From positions 7,490-71,489 of the forward strand of contig JAISKC010000063.1 in assembly GCA_031261345.1 (NCBI GenBank): 64,000 nucleotides of DNA, in the 5' to 3' direction. How positions within the stretch are numbered: the first letter of the stretch is position 1; the number at the start of each line of letters is the position of its first letter. Shown piece after piece: positions 17,208-27,228 of the stretch. The translations under genes were made by a program, and so were the position numbers. The DNA is from Eubacteriales Family XIII. Incertae Sedis bacterium (GTDB lineage: Bacteria > Bacillota > Clostridia > Peptostreptococcales > Anaerovoracaceae). Under the pieces are notes generated by a model. The model was not told the DNA's origin and searched no databases. It saw only the letters and a program-made list of their open reading frames with translations.

Positions 17208-18367
17208 TCAATCTTTCAGGCACCCAATCGGAACAACCCATACACCATTTTCCATTTGGAACGCAGACTCTGTGAAAGTCAATACCATCAGAAAGGATGG
17301 CTCTTGCATCTTCTTCGTGTCAATATTCTCCTTGAATTTAATCAGATTGTCTGAAGCAGCCTCAATGTAACCTGCGCCTATCTTCACTTCTACAGCACCT
17401 CAACGTCCGTCGTTGAGTTGGATAATGGCATCTACTTCTGCTCCGGTAACATCTCTGTAATAATACACATTACCATCAATACTGCTCGCATAGATGCGCA
17501 AATCGCGAATGCAAAGTGCCTCAAATAATAGACCAAAGGTATTGAAGTCTTTAAAAAGCCGCTCAGATGTTGCTCCAAATGCCGCAGATCCTCATAATTA
17601 ATACAACCGTAAGAGTACCATTGCCCCTGCAAATTCATTATAAGAATATACTCGTCTGCGAGATATTCGTTAAAAGGTTCCACCTTGCAAACTTAAGCAT
17701 GTGCAGTCTTATTTCTATATTTCAAGTAAATATATCACCACGTGAAGTTTATCACAGGAACTTGTAAAGCAAGTTTTTCATAATCACATTCTGTTCTTGT
17801 ACTTGGAACCATCATAGTAAATTCCTTTATATAAAAGGCACGAAATAAGTCCCGATTGCAGAGTACCGCCACTTTTATAAAATTGCGCACCCATTTTTCA
17901 CCTAAATCGAGATTTGGAGAATCGGCAAGGTTCTTAAGATATGGCACAGACTCAGGTCTCGATAAAAACCCCAAAGCTTGAACGAGCGATAATCTGGAGG
18001 CGGCGTCCACTTGATTCAAGCGACGATGCAATACTGAAAGTGAAGTGGCTGTGATCTTAGTCGGGTCACCAATTGAAAGTTTCCGAATGAAATCTGATGC
18101 ATAAAGATTTGCATCCTGTTCTGAAGCTTCTAAATCTTGAAGTGCATCCGTTAAATCATCAATAAGAACCCTATGTGTTTCACCCTCTAACAGAAGGGAT
18201 GGCTTTGTCTTAGCTTTCATCATATTTTCTTCACTGGTATCGGGGGCTTGCATATACAGAACGCTTTCGGCAACATGCTCGGCGGTGCTGGTCTTGCCAC
18301 ACCACTTCGATCCCTCTGTTAAAACAGCACCCATTGCCCTAAGAACCAATGTCAATTTCTCAGCCAT
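17208..18367 (-). pseudogene. decayed DUF4143-type AAA ATPase gene
   Basis: The N-terminus GAVLTEGSKWCGKTSTAEHVAESVLYM and the C-terminus KDFNTFGLLFEALCIRDLRIYASSIDGNVYYYRDVTGAEVDAIIQLNDGR*GAVEVKIGAG...VWVVPIGCLKD are typical of this family. There is an in-frame TGA at 17400-17402 where Trp is expected. At least one frameshift lies around 17.55-17.75 kb, which splits the gene into track ORFs 17432..17683 and 17735..18367. Confidence 0.7.
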
Positions 18368-18370
18368 GAG

Positions 18371-19510
18371 TCACTGCAAGGTGAATGTCATTCGCACGGG
18401 ATTGTGGTCCGACCCTAGGAAATCGCCGTCAACATTGTGCGATGTAGCCTTTACATTATCCGACACCATGAAACCGTCGAGCGTTACTTCATAGTTGACG
18501 CCCTTCTCGTATGTTATGCTGCTATCCCTGTCGGTCATAACTTCGTCGGCGTTGTCAGCTGTGAGCATGGTGAACCCGTCCGGCAGCATTTTCTCGTCGA
18601 ACGGTTGCACCCAATCAGGCCTCTTCATTCCGTTCAGATTACTGTCCTCCGTTCCTGCCAATGCGTGGTTGAAATCGCCGCCCACGATGACGTAATTCCC
18701 CTTCTCATATTCCTCAGCCATGAGCCCCGTCAGCATTTCCATTTGAGCCTTCCTGATCGTGCCGCCCTCGTCATATGCGGACATATGCGTGTTGATTAGC
18801 ACCAGAGTCTTGCTCTCGCCGGCAGCATTTTCCACAGGCAACCTGTTCACGACAAAGCAGCGATCGAGGTCAAAAAACTTCGTCGGAAACGCATCGCTGA
18901 CAGGATAACTCCGCCGCACAGCACTGTCTATTTTGTAATTGCTCACGGTGAGCAGACCCGAATCCTTGATATATCCGATGGGTTTTGTCGGTGGGTAAAA
19001 GAGGTAAGACGTGTGGAAATTCGTTCCGTAAGTCCAGTTCAACCCGTTATACAATCCGAGCCCTCCAAGCACCGGAAGCACCTGATTCACATTATGGCTA
19101 CGGTCCGCATCCACGTCCACTTCCTGAAATAGAGCGATGTCGGGCTTCTCCGCCAAGGTCTGCTCAACTATGACATCTGTGGCCTCATCGACGGACTTCT
19201 CGCTAGCCGCTCTGCTCATCGCGCCGACTGTCTCGCTCCCATCTGCCATATATCCCTCGTCCATGAAGAACGAAAAGTCGTGATTGTAGGCACCGAAACC
19301 TATGTTGAATGTGAGCATATCATACTCTTCGCCGGCCACAAGATTGTCCACCCTGTCGCTCGTCAGGCCGCCTTCCTGCACATACAAATCCTCATTGTCC
19401 GGTATGCGCTCGTAGTTCGACACGACGTAGATAACGTATCCGCCGACCACGGCCACCGCCAAAATGACGATCCCGATAACAACCTTCAATACAATTTTCA
19501 AAACATTCAT
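18371..19510 (-). CDS. endonuclease/exonuclease/phosphatase (EEP) family protein with N-terminal TM anchor
   Basis: LINTHMSAY, GGDFNH and GSDHNPVRM motifs. TM segment IVILAVAVVGGYVIYVV. ATG 19510 is preceded by GAGGTG. Confidence 0.8.
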   Translation of the reverse strand: MNVLKIVLKVVIGIVILAVAVVGGYVIYVVSNYERIPDNEDLYVQEGGLTSDRVDNLVAGEEYDMLTFNIGFGAYNHDFSFFMDEGYMADGSETVGAMSRAASEKSVDEATDVIVEQTLAEKPDIALFQEVDVDADRSHNVNQVLPVLGGLGLYNGLNWTYGTNFHTSYLFYPPTKPIGYIKDSGLLTVSNYKIDSAVRRSYPVSDAFPTKFFDLDRCFVVNRLPVENAAGESKTLVLINTHMSAYDEGGTIRKAQMEMLTGLMAEEYEKGNYVIVGGDFNHALAGTEDSNLNGMKRPDWVQPFDEKMLPDGFTMLTADNADEVMTDRDSSITYEKGVNYEVTLDGFMVSDNVKATSHNVDGDFLGSDHNPVRMTFTLQ

Positions 19511-19620
19511 ATAATCACCTCGCTGTACTTCTCGCCAGTTCACCAATGCTAAAACAATTATATCAGTAATCTCCACCGTTTATTTAAATTTCACCTGTGA
19601 TTTTGATTCGCCGCATAATT

Positions 19621-19660
19621 GGCTATAAGTGCTCAAAATAATGACTTATAGCCACGGAAA
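19621..19660 (+). repeat. hairpin repeat, copy 1 (GGCTATAAGT-13 nt-ACTTATAGCC-ACGGAAA)
   Basis: Perfect 10-bp stem between 19621-19630 and 19644-19653. Confidence 0.7.
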
Positions 19661-19735
19661 TATCATTTCTTTAGTTGAATTCCTTCAAATTACAGTATAT
19701 AATTCAATTCACAAAGGCCAAAGGGAATTTTATCT

Positions 19736-19775
19736 GGCTTTAAGTGTTCCAAAAAGTGACTTATAGCCACGGAAA
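19736..19775 (+). repeat. hairpin repeat, copy 2 (GGCTTTAAGT-13 nt-ACTTATAGCC-ACGGAAA), abutting the RBS of the ATPase gene
   Basis: About 33/40 identical to copy 1 and located 115 bp downstream of it. It ends 10 nt before ATG 19785. Confidence 0.7.
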
Positions 19776-19784
19776 GGAAAGTTT

Positions 19785-21197
19785 ATGAAAATTATTGGCC
19801 GCAATAGAGAAAAAGCTTTATTGAAATCATATTATGAGTCACAACATCCGGAGTTCGTCGCTGTATATGGCAGAAGGCGTACGGGCAAGACGTTTTTGAT
19901 CAAAGAATTCTTTGACAATGACTTTTTCTTCTTCTGTACAGGTCTTGCCAATGGAACTAAGCACCAGCAATTACAAGTCTTCAATGTCGCCATGAACAAA
20001 TATGGTTCCGGCGAATATTTGCCGCAGGACAACTGGCTCGACGCCTTCATTCAGCTATCAACTATGATTGAAAACAGTCCAAATGGGGACAAAAAGGTGA
20101 TTTTCCTAGACGAAATGCCGTGGATGGATACGCCGAGATCGAATTTTTTGATCGGCCTTGAGTACTTCTGGAACAGCTTTGCGTCCTCTCGTCCTGATGT
20201 ACTGCTGATTGTCTGCGGCTCATCTACCTCATGGATTGTGAACAAACTTTTCAGAAACACGGGGGGACTGTACAATCGAGTGACAAAACAGATGTCTATC
20301 AAACCATTCACGTTAGGGGAAACCGAGGAATTTTTTCAGGACCGCGGTATCACATTCAATAGATACCAAATGATTGAAAGCTATATGATTTTTGGTGGAA
20401 TACCCTACTATCTCGACTATTTTGATAATGAATACAGCCTTGCTCAGAATGTCGATATGCTCTGTTTTGGTGACACCGCATTACTGAGAAATGAATATTT
20501 CAGCCTATACTCAACTCTATTCAATGATTATGAAAATCATCACAAAGTTGTGGAAGCTTTATCGCTGAAGTCAATGGGGCTGACGCGAGAAGAATTGATT
20601 ACTGCCACAGGCCTCAGCAATGGCGGTGGATTCTCCCGAATATTGAAGGAGTTGGAACAGAGTGGCTTCATCAATACATATGCACCATTTTCGCGAAAAA
20701 GCAGAGGCTCGCTATATCAGCTCACGGATTCTTTCACGCTCTTCTACCACAAGTTTATGAAGAAAGGAAATAGAGATGCTCACTTCTGGACAAGCAACAT
20801 CGATGCATCCTCGCACAGGGCATGGAGCGGCTACGCATTTGAGCAAGTATGTTTCTCACATATTGAGCAGATAAAAGAGGCTCTGAAGATTGCGATAGTA
20901 GCGTCGAATGTGTCCGCATGGCGTAGCACGTCAGCGACCAAAGGCACTCAGATTGATTTGGTAATAGACAGGCGGGACCAAGTGATAAATCTCTGCGAAA
21001 TAAAGTATTCGATGTCTGAGTACTCAATTACAAAAGCGTACGATCAAATTCTCAGAGAAAGGCGAGCCACTTTCAGAGAAGAGACGAAGACAAAAAAAGC
21101 TTTGCATACAACGATGATCACGCCATATGGAGTGAAGCACAATGAATATTGGAACTCAATTCAGTCCGAGGTGACTATGGAGGATTTGTTCAAGTAA
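19785..21197 (+). CDS. ATP-binding protein, Arch-ATPase (AAA) + DUF234-type
   Basis: N-terminus IIGRNREKALLKSYYESQHPEFVAVYGRRRTGKTFLIKEF, Walker B VIFLDEMPW, and a C-terminal restriction-endonuclease-like segment. Confidence 0.75.
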   Translation: MKIIGRNREKALLKSYYESQHPEFVAVYGRRRTGKTFLIKEFFDNDFFFFCTGLANGTKHQQLQVFNVAMNKYGSGEYLPQDNWLDAFIQLSTMIENSPNGDKKVIFLDEMPWMDTPRSNFLIGLEYFWNSFASSRPDVLLIVCGSSTSWIVNKLFRNTGGLYNRVTKQMSIKPFTLGETEEFFQDRGITFNRYQMIESYMIFGGIPYYLDYFDNEYSLAQNVDMLCFGDTALLRNEYFSLYSTLFNDYENHHKVVEALSLKSMGLTREELITATGLSNGGGFSRILKELEQSGFINTYAPFSRKSRGSLYQLTDSFTLFYHKFMKKGNRDAHFWTSNIDASSHRAWSGYAFEQVCFSHIEQIKEALKIAIVASNVSAWRSTSATKGTQIDLVIDRRDQVINLCEIKYSMSEYSITKAYDQILRERRATFREETKTKKALHTTMITPYGVKHNEYWNSIQSEVTMEDLFK

Positions 21198-21230
21198 ATG
21201 CGGATTTCGAGCTGAACCGCTGAGCCTTTC

Positions 21231-22304
21231 CTAGCAGATGCGGGGGAGGCCCTCGCCGTATAGCATATCCACTCTTACCTTGCCGCCTATCTTTGTGCGC
21301 ATGTAGACCGGTGGAAGTTTGCCCGACGACTTTCCTTGCGCGGCACCCACTGATGTAGCGTCCTTTGCCACTCCGATGATTGCTGCGTCTTTCCCCACAC
21401 CTGTGCTTCGGACGATTTCGAGCGTTTCCTCCGCTTTTTCGGGGGAGACGACGAGAACCATCTTGCCTTCGTTTCCCATGTATTTTGGGTCGAGCCCCAT
21501 GATGCCGCAGAATGCCCTCACCGACGCGTCAACGGGGATTGCCGTTTCGCCCAATTCTATGCTGACGCCCGAGGAGGCCGCGAGCTCGTTCAGTACGGTT
21601 GCGAGCCCCCCTCTCGTTACGTCTCGCATCGCCTTTATGCCTATCCCTGCCTCGCGGACTTTGCTTGGGATTTCTGCGAGTATCGCGCAGTCGCTTTTTA
21701 TGTCGTTTTGTATGTTCATGCGCGCGCTGAGTATGCAGGCGTGATGGTCGCCGAGATTTCCCGATACGATAATGACGTCGCCAGCTTCAATATTTGCTGC
21801 CGATGGTCCAGTAACAGTAACAGGGCCGGTGCTCGAATCCCTTACCTGTTCGGGATACATGCCGATGCAGGTAGTATTGACGAAGAGCCCACCACTTCCC
21901 TCTATCACCTTAGTGTCTCCGGCTACGATGATGACTCCCGCTTCTTTCGCGGTCTTTGCCATCGACCCGCAAATTTGGTCGAGTAGTTCGATTTCAAGTC
22001 CGGTCTCGAGCACGAAGCCGCAGGTCAAATATTTCGGCGTGGCACCCATCATGAGCACATCGTTGACACTGCCGCAAACCGCCAGCTTCCCAATATCCCC
22101 GCCGGAAAAAACAAGCGGAGTTACTACGAAGGTGTCCGTACTCACAGCAATTTGCGGTGATTTCAAATCGAGCACGGCCCCGTCCTCCATTCGGTTAAGC
22201 ACCTCATTTGAAAAATGCTCGGCAAAGACATCACGCATCAAAACATGCGAGTCCATTCCACCGGCGCCATGTGCCATAGTTATCTTTGTGTTTAAATCAT
22301 TCAT
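21231..22304 (-). CDS. hypE: hydrogenase maturation protein HypE
   Basis: AIR-synthase-like fold sequence with the diagnostic C-terminus ...GEGLPRIC. Confidence 0.9.
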   Translation of the reverse strand: MNDLNTKITMAHGAGGMDSHVLMRDVFAEHFSNEVLNRMEDGAVLDLKSPQIAVSTDTFVVTPLVFSGGDIGKLAVCGSVNDVLMMGATPKYLTCGFVLETGLEIELLDQICGSMAKTAKEAGVIIVAGDTKVIEGSGGLFVNTTCIGMYPEQVRDSSTGPVTVTGPSAANIEAGDVIIVSGNLGDHHACILSARMNIQNDIKSDCAILAEIPSKVREAGIGIKAMRDVTRGGLATVLNELAASSGVSIELGETAIPVDASVRAFCGIMGLDPKYMGNEGKMVLVVSPEKAEETLEIVRSTGVGKDAAIIGVAKDATSVGAAQGKSSGKLPPVYMRTKIGGKVRVDMLYGEGLPRIC

Positions 22305-22379
22305 TCTATCAGTATATCAGTTATTCAACATGCCCAAAACACAGTTCAGTAATGAAGGAGCGTATTTGTAAGATTTGCT

Positions 22380-22928
22380 TCATAGGTAGATGATGTCAGC
22401 TGGCGAAGGCTTCGGCCGATCGTCCACCCGAATATCCGAGAGGACAACATCGACTCCATCTCTTTGGCAGTTCCTGTTCACTCCGGCAATCAAACTCGGG
22501 CGAAACGATTCGAGTATGGAGGCAACAAGCGAGTCGAGCTCCTCCGCCGACATGGAATCGCATATCCCCTTTATCAGCCTCGCGCTGCAATCACCCCTGT
22601 CGAGAACGCCAAAAATGGCTGCATACTGCGGGGTTTTCTTGTCCGCCTCAGGTATCATACCGTAGAGATATGTCAACACCGAAGCGTGATCGATTTTGGC
22701 AATCTCCACCCTCACCTCCAAAGGTGTAGGCAATGAAATATTATCAACGGTAATGCCAACATCATTTTCCGAAAGATACGAATTTGCCTTGTTTACAAAT
22801 AGACGATTTCCTGAAACGGCATTTGCGAGAGATTGCGGCAAGGAGCTATTCGCGATAATAGCCGGCACGCCCATCATGCGGGCGACGCTTCCCAAATCCA
22901 GTCTATGAAAAATTGCAGTCAAAATCAT
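22380..22928 (-). CDS. hypothetical protein (182 aa)
   Basis: ATG 22928 is preceded by GGTGAGGTG. No motif recognised. Confidence 0.5.
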   Translation of the reverse strand: MILTAIFHRLDLGSVARMMGVPAIIANSSLPQSLANAVSGNRLFVNKANSYLSENDVGITVDNISLPTPLEVRVEIAKIDHASVLTYLYGMIPEADKKTPQYAAIFGVLDRGDCSARLIKGICDSMSAEELDSLVASILESFRPSLIAGVNRNCQRDGVDVVLSDIRVDDRPKPSPADIIYL

Positions 22929-23004
22929 ACTTTCACACCTCACCAATTAAGTATACCAGTTATCCGCCATTCCCAGTAGTAGTGCCATCGAAATTTCGGC
23001 ACAC

Positions 23005-23070
23005 CTCGGAAAACTGGCAAATCCCGTAGTTTTTTAGCCATATTTCTACGCAAATCACCAATTTCCCGAG
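23005..23070. repeat. 66-bp palindromic intergenic repeat, copy X
   Basis: ctcggaaaactg...ccgtag...ctacgcaaat...tttcccgag. It shares both termini and the inner stem with 40367-40432, at about 76% identity in inverted orientation. Confidence 0.65.
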
Positions 23071-23172
23071 GTTTTAGGAAAATAGACGTTATTCTTGGGT
23101 GCTATTTTGCGGGCAACATCAAAATGCCCCGACCTAAGCCGAGGCACTTGATAAAAAAATGAAAAGGAAAGG

Positions 23173-23862
23173 CTACTGACCGTAGTAGGCGTCTTTGCCG
23201 TGTTTGCGTAGAAAATGCTTGTCCAGAAGTTCACGCGCAATCGGGCCGAGCGCGGGATCAGCAAGCTCGTTGTGCCACGCCATAAAAGCCACTTCCTCAA
23301 GCACGACCGCATTGTGAACGGATTCTTTTGCGTCCCTGCCCCAAGTGAAGGGACCGTGGCTAGCAACCAACACCGCGGGGATATCTAAGGGGTTGATCTG
23401 CGTGAAAGTTTCCACTATTACCTTACCCGTGAAGAGCTCATATTTTCCCTCAATCTCTTCTTTTGTCAGGAGCCTCGTGCAAGGTATTGGCCCGTAAAAA
23501 TGGTCGCCGTGCGTCGTTCCGAAAGGTGGAATCGACCGTTTTGCCTGTGCATAAATAGTCGCCCACCTGCTGTGAGTGTGAGTAATGCCTCCGACTTCCG
23601 GAAAATTGCGATAAATCTCCAGATGAGTTTCTGTATCTGAGGATGGCTTCAGGTGGCCGGAGACAACCTCGCCATTGGAAATATCAACAACAACCATGTC
23701 CTCCGGCGTCATGGCGTCGTATTCCACCCCGCTCGGCTTGATGACCACGAGCCCGAGTTCCCTGCTTATGCCGCTGACATTTCCCCATGTGAATGTAACG
23801 AGCTGATGCAAAGGGAGCTGCATGTTTGCCTTATAGACTTCTTCTTTCAATTGCTCAAGCAT
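23173..23862 (-). CDS. araD: L-ribulose-5-phosphate 4-epimerase
   Basis: [31 protein letters not shown]... ATG 23862 is preceded by GAGGTG and lies 4 nt after the araA stop. The track's N-terminal extension is rejected. Confidence 0.9.
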   Translation of the reverse strand: MLEQLKEEVYKANMQLPLHQLVTFTWGNVSGISRELGLVVIKPSGVEYDAMTPEDMVVVDISNGEVVSGHLKPSSDTETHLEIYRNFPEVGGITHTHSRWATIYAQAKRSIPPFGTTHGDHFYGPIPCTRLLTKEEIEGKYELFTGKVIVETFTQINPLDIPAVLVASHGPFTWGRDAKESVHNAVVLEEVAFMAWHNELADPALGPIARELLDKHFLRKHGKDAYYGQ

Positions 23863-23866
23863 CGTT

Positions 23867-25342
23867 TCACCTCGCAAGTTTCCAAGCCAAATCGGAGAGA
23901 AAGAGTTCCTGTTCAAGCTGCACGGGATCGGTATCCTTATGAATGTGAACAAACTCTATATCCAGTATCCGCGCCCAATCGCGCATGATTTCAGCGTCAA
24001 GATCGTAGCTCAAGACGGTGTGATGTGAACCACCCGCGAGTATCCATGCCTCAGCTCCAACAGCCAAATCCGGCTGTGGTCTCCACATGACGCGAGCCAC
24101 GGGGAGATTGGGCATAGTCTGCGTCGGCAGTACGCACTCAATATCCTGAACGATGAGGCGCAGACGGCCGCCTATATCTATTAGTGAAGCGACGATTGCA
24201 CTTCCTGCTTTGCCGTCAAATACAAGACGCGCCGGCGGCTCTTTCCCACCTATTCCAAGCGGGTGAACCTCAATACGCGGTTTCTCATTCGCGATGCTCG
24301 GACATATCTCGAGCATGTGGGCTCCAAGCGACAGACCATTTTTCAAATCGTAAGTATAGTCTTCCATGAAGACTGTGCCGCCGCCGAGTCCGCGTCCCAT
24401 CTCCTTCATGATTGCAGTAAGAGCCGCAGTTTTCCAGTCGCCCTCACCCGCATAGCCGTAGCCTTTGAGCAGCAAATCCTGCGATGCGAGTCCTGGAAGC
24501 TGCCTCAAACCGTACAAATCCTGAAAGGTGTTCGAATATGCAATGCAGCCCTCGGCATCGAGCATCTGTTTCATAGCAATCTCTTCCCGTGCCTGATAGC
24601 GCACGGTTTCAAGATCGTCCGTCGCAAACTCGTAACGCTCCCTGTATTCCTCAATTTGAGCATCAATCTGCTCGTCCGTAACCGCGTCCACGGCTTCAGC
24701 AAGCTCCCCGACAGCCCACGTATTGACCTGCCAACCGAGCTTGATTTGGACCTCAACTTTGTCGCCCTCCGTTACAGCGACCTCGCGCATATTGTCGCCA
24801 AATCGCATGACCTTCGTGTTGCGGCTTACCGCCACGCCGATAGCGGATCGCATCCACCGCCCGATTTTCTTCTGCACAGCTTCATCTTTCCAGTAACCAA
24901 CGACAACCTTTCTGGGCACCCTCATTCGAGCCGCGATGAAACCGTGCTCCCTGTCCCCATGGGCACTTTGATGAAGATTCATATAATCCATGTCGATTTC
25001 TTCGTTCGGAATCTCTTCGTTGAATTGCGTATGGAAATGGAGCATCGGCTTCTGCAGTAGTGAGAGCCCGCCAATCCACATCTTACTCGGTGAAAACGTG
25101 TGGCAGAAAGTGATGATGCCGGCACACTTTGCGTCGCCGTTCGCAGCGCGGGAAAGCTGAACGAAATCATCCGCAGTCTTGACCGTATCCTTATAGACGA
25201 GCTCATAGGGAAGTAATTTTTTTGCATTGAGCCCCTCTACTATAGCACGGCTATCCTTTTCAACCTGCACGAGCGTTTCCGGCCCGTACAGAACTTGGCT
25301 ACCGACTATAAACCAAAATTCGTATTTTTCTTTCGCCATCAT
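23867..25342 (-). CDS. araA: L-arabinose isomerase
   Basis: 491 aa. N-terminus [19 protein letters not shown] is typical of AraA, and it sits between the kinase and araD. Confidence 0.9.
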   Translation of the reverse strand: MMAKEKYEFWFIVGSQVLYGPETLVQVEKDSRAIVEGLNAKKLLPYELVYKDTVKTADDFVQLSRAANGDAKCAGIITFCHTFSPSKMWIGGLSLLQKPMLHFHTQFNEEIPNEEIDMDYMNLHQSAHGDREHGFIAARMRVPRKVVVGYWKDEAVQKKIGRWMRSAIGVAVSRNTKVMRFGDNMREVAVTEGDKVEVQIKLGWQVNTWAVGELAEAVDAVTDEQIDAQIEEYRERYEFATDDLETVRYQAREEIAMKQMLDAEGCIAYSNTFQDLYGLRQLPGLASQDLLLKGYGYAGEGDWKTAALTAIMKEMGRGLGGGTVFMEDYTYDLKNGLSLGAHMLEICPSIANEKPRIEVHPLGIGGKEPPARLVFDGKAGSAIVASLIDIGGRLRLIVQDIECVLPTQTMPNLPVARVMWRPQPDLAVGAEAWILAGGSHHTVLSYDLDAEIMRDWARILDIEFVHIHKDTDPVQLEQELFLSDLAWKLAR

Positions 25343-25349
25343 GTCCTCC

Positions 25350-26984
25350 TTAATTACTCAAATGTTTTATGGCCGCGCGCTCTATTTCAAGCCCTGACCT
25401 ATATCTTTCAATAAATTTTTCAAATCCCTCTACATCTTCCCGCGAAGGTTCCACCTGCGTTCCTATATTCTCCGAAAAGACCCGCTCCCCAAGAAATTCC
25501 TCAAGGGAAAGATTGTCCGCACCGAAGAGCCGATACATTGCCAGAAGCGCTATCCCATAGGCTCCGCCCTCACCCGCCGAAGACATCACGGAAACGGAGA
25601 CAGAAAGCACCGCCGCCAGAAGCCTTTGCGCTACGAGAGGCGTTTTGAACAATCCGCCATGTGCATACAGCCTGTCAACACGGACATGCTCCTGCGAAAA
25701 GAGTATATCCATTCCCAATTTCAGAGTCGCCATCGCAGAATAGATGGTAGCGCGCATGAAGTTTGACAGGGTGAAACGGCTATCGGGCTGACGCGCAAAA
25801 ATCGGCCTACCCTCAAGAACCTCCGCAATGGGCTCGCCGGAAAAGTAGTTGTATGAAAGAAGTCCGCCACAATCGGGATCGCCCTCAAGTGCTATTTCAA
25901 ACAAACGCCCAAATAGCTCACCCCTCTCAGGCCGCCCGCCGAAAGCCTCAAGCGTCTCGCCAAAGAGATTCACCCACGCGTCCAAATCCGAACTTCCGTT
26001 GTTGCAGTGAACCATCGCCACGGGCTTCCCCGTAGGAGTCGCCACTACATCTATCTCCCTGTAGACGCCGCGAAGCTCCTCTTCGAGCACAAGCATGGCA
26101 AATATCGATGTGCCTGCCGATACGTTTCCCGTACGTGAAGCAACGCTGTTCGTAGCCACCATACCCGTTCCGGCGTCGCCCTCAGCAGGACAAAAAACTG
26201 CTCCCGCAGAAAGCGTCCCCGTCGGGTCGAGCAATTTTGCACCTTCCTCAGTCAGCATACCGGCATCGTCTCCAGCCACCAATACTTTGGGAAGGATACT
26301 CGGCAAAACCCAAGGAAGATTTCGCTCGCTGGCGAGCTCAAAAAACTTGTCCAGCATCGTTTCACTATACGTATTTGTTTTGCTATCTATCGGAAACATT
26401 CCGGCCGCATCGCCGACACCGAGTGCATTCACACCCGTCAAAAGACGGTGTACATAACCTGCCAAGGTGGTCAAGGATGCGATGTCCGCTACGTGTTCCT
26501 CTTCATCGAGTATGGCCTGATAAAGATGGGCAATGCTCCAACGCTGCGGAATATTGAAAGAAAATTTTTCGCTCAAAATTTCCGCCGCTTCTTCCGTCGA
26601 TGTATTTCTCCACGTGCGGAAGGGGACGAGAAGTTCACCCGCCGCGTCAAAGGCCAGATACCCGTGCATCATTGCGGACACACCGATGGCACCGACCGTA
26701 GAAAGCTTCACCTCGTAGCGGCCCAAAACGTCAGAGGCAAGCTGCGCATAGGCAGCCTGAAGCCCCAAGAGTACATCGTCCAGCGAATATGTCCAAACGC
26801 CGTCCTCAAGCCTGTTCTCCCACTCGTGGTCGCCCGAAGCGATAGGGCAAAACTCCTCGTCAATCAGCACCGCCTTGATTCGCGTGGAGCCAAACTCAAT
26901 GCCGAGACTCGTCTTCCCCTCAATAATACTCTGAATGTTGCTTCGATTTGCTCGCAATGACAACACCGCTCCCTTCATTACCAA
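25350..26984 (-). CDS. araB: FGGY-family carbohydrate kinase, probable L-ribulokinase
   Basis: FGGY N-terminal motif [16 protein letters not shown]. The function is assigned from operon context with araA and araD. The exact start is uncertain (TTG 26984, ATG 26978 or TTG 26963). Confidence 0.7.
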   Translation of the reverse strand: MVMKGAVLSLRANRSNIQSIIEGKTSLGIEFGSTRIKAVLIDEEFCPIASGDHEWENRLEDGVWTYSLDDVLLGLQAAYAQLASDVLGRYEVKLSTVGAIGVSAMMHGYLAFDAAGELLVPFRTWRNTSTEEAAEILSEKFSFNIPQRWSIAHLYQAILDEEEHVADIASLTTLAGYVHRLLTGVNALGVGDAAGMFPIDSKTNTYSETMLDKFFELASERNLPWVLPSILPKVLVAGDDAGMLTEEGAKLLDPTGTLSAGAVFCPAEGDAGTGMVATNSVASRTGNVSAGTSIFAMLVLEEELRGVYREIDVVATPTGKPVAMVHCNNGSSDLDAWVNLFGETLEAFGGRPERGELFGRLFEIALEGDPDCGGLLSYNYFSGEPIAEVLEGRPIFARQPDSRFTLSNFMRATIYSAMATLKLGMDILFSQEHVRVDRLYAHGGLFKTPLVAQRLLAAVLSVSVSVMSSAGEGGAYGIALLAMYRLFGADNLSLEEFLGERVFSENIGTQVEPSREDVEGFEKFIERYRSGLEIERAAIKHLSN

Positions 26985-26985
26985 A

Positions 26986-27219
26986 TCACTGTTGTTTCGC
27001 CCGTTTCTCCTTGAAATATGCCGGCCAAAGTTTGAACGCCTGATATCCGGTCCACGCAGCGATTACCAAAACGCACACACACTGTATGGCAATGGGAACG
27101 ATATCCCTAGCCAGCTCCCCAGCAAGATAGGCGCTACGCACACTGGTAATACCCCAGATGAGCGACCCACCAAATACCAATAAGTAGAGTATTCTTGCGT
27201 ATCTGTGCTTCTCGACCAT
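26986..27219 (-). CDS. small 2-TM membrane protein
   Basis: 77 aa with two hydrophobic helices, packed between the permease and kinase genes. Confidence 0.5.
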   Translation of the reverse strand: MVEKHRYARILYLLVFGGSLIWGITSVRSAYLAGELARDIVPIAIQCVCVLVIAAWTGYQAFKLWPAYFKEKRAKQQ

Positions 27220-27228
27220 CAGATGATA

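Noticed and set aside
17432-18367. Track ORFs 17432..17683 and 17735..18367 treated as intact genes.
   Set aside because: Together with the unlisted frame at 17208-17530 they reconstruct one DUF4143 ATPase interrupted by a TGA and frameshift(s). They are treated as a single pseudogene.
21772-22371. Long antisense or overlapping track ORFs: 21772..22371 (+), 24263..25060 (+), 58125..58925 (+), 60903..61535 (+), 39146..39625 (-), 48829..49356 (-), 30936..31526 (+), 34143..34904 (-).
   Set aside because: Each lies opposite or within a confidently identified gene (hypE, araA, hypD, hypF, the J-domain repeat, LuxR, the SBP gene, galE). Each has low-complexity or skewed composition and no RBS or motif. 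They are shadow ORFs typical of GC-richer coding DNA.
23055-23366. The 103-aa minus-strand ORF overlapping the araD 3' end and repeat X.
   Set aside because: It overlaps araD out of frame and runs through a palindromic repeat. It has no RBS and an odd composition.
23863-23952. Long N-terminal extensions given by the ORF track for araD (to 23952), the M4 protease (to 12921), the EEP protein (to 19576), the oxidoreductase (to 33811), the 221-aa protein (to 8489), gene B (to 57531) and the 182-aa protein (to 22946).
   Set aside because: Internal ATGs with strong GGAGG-type RBSs give N-termini that match family consensus or remove overlap with the upstream gene. The extensions overlap neighbouring genes or lack an RBS.
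26950-26961. Short exact matches to repeat arms elsewhere: gctcgcaatgac at 26950-26961 versus 31499-31510, and ataaagccacgga at 62937-62949 versus 17156-17168.
   Set aside because: Tens of 12-13-mer coincidences are expected by chance in a 64-kb window read on both strands. Neither match has flanking similarity.
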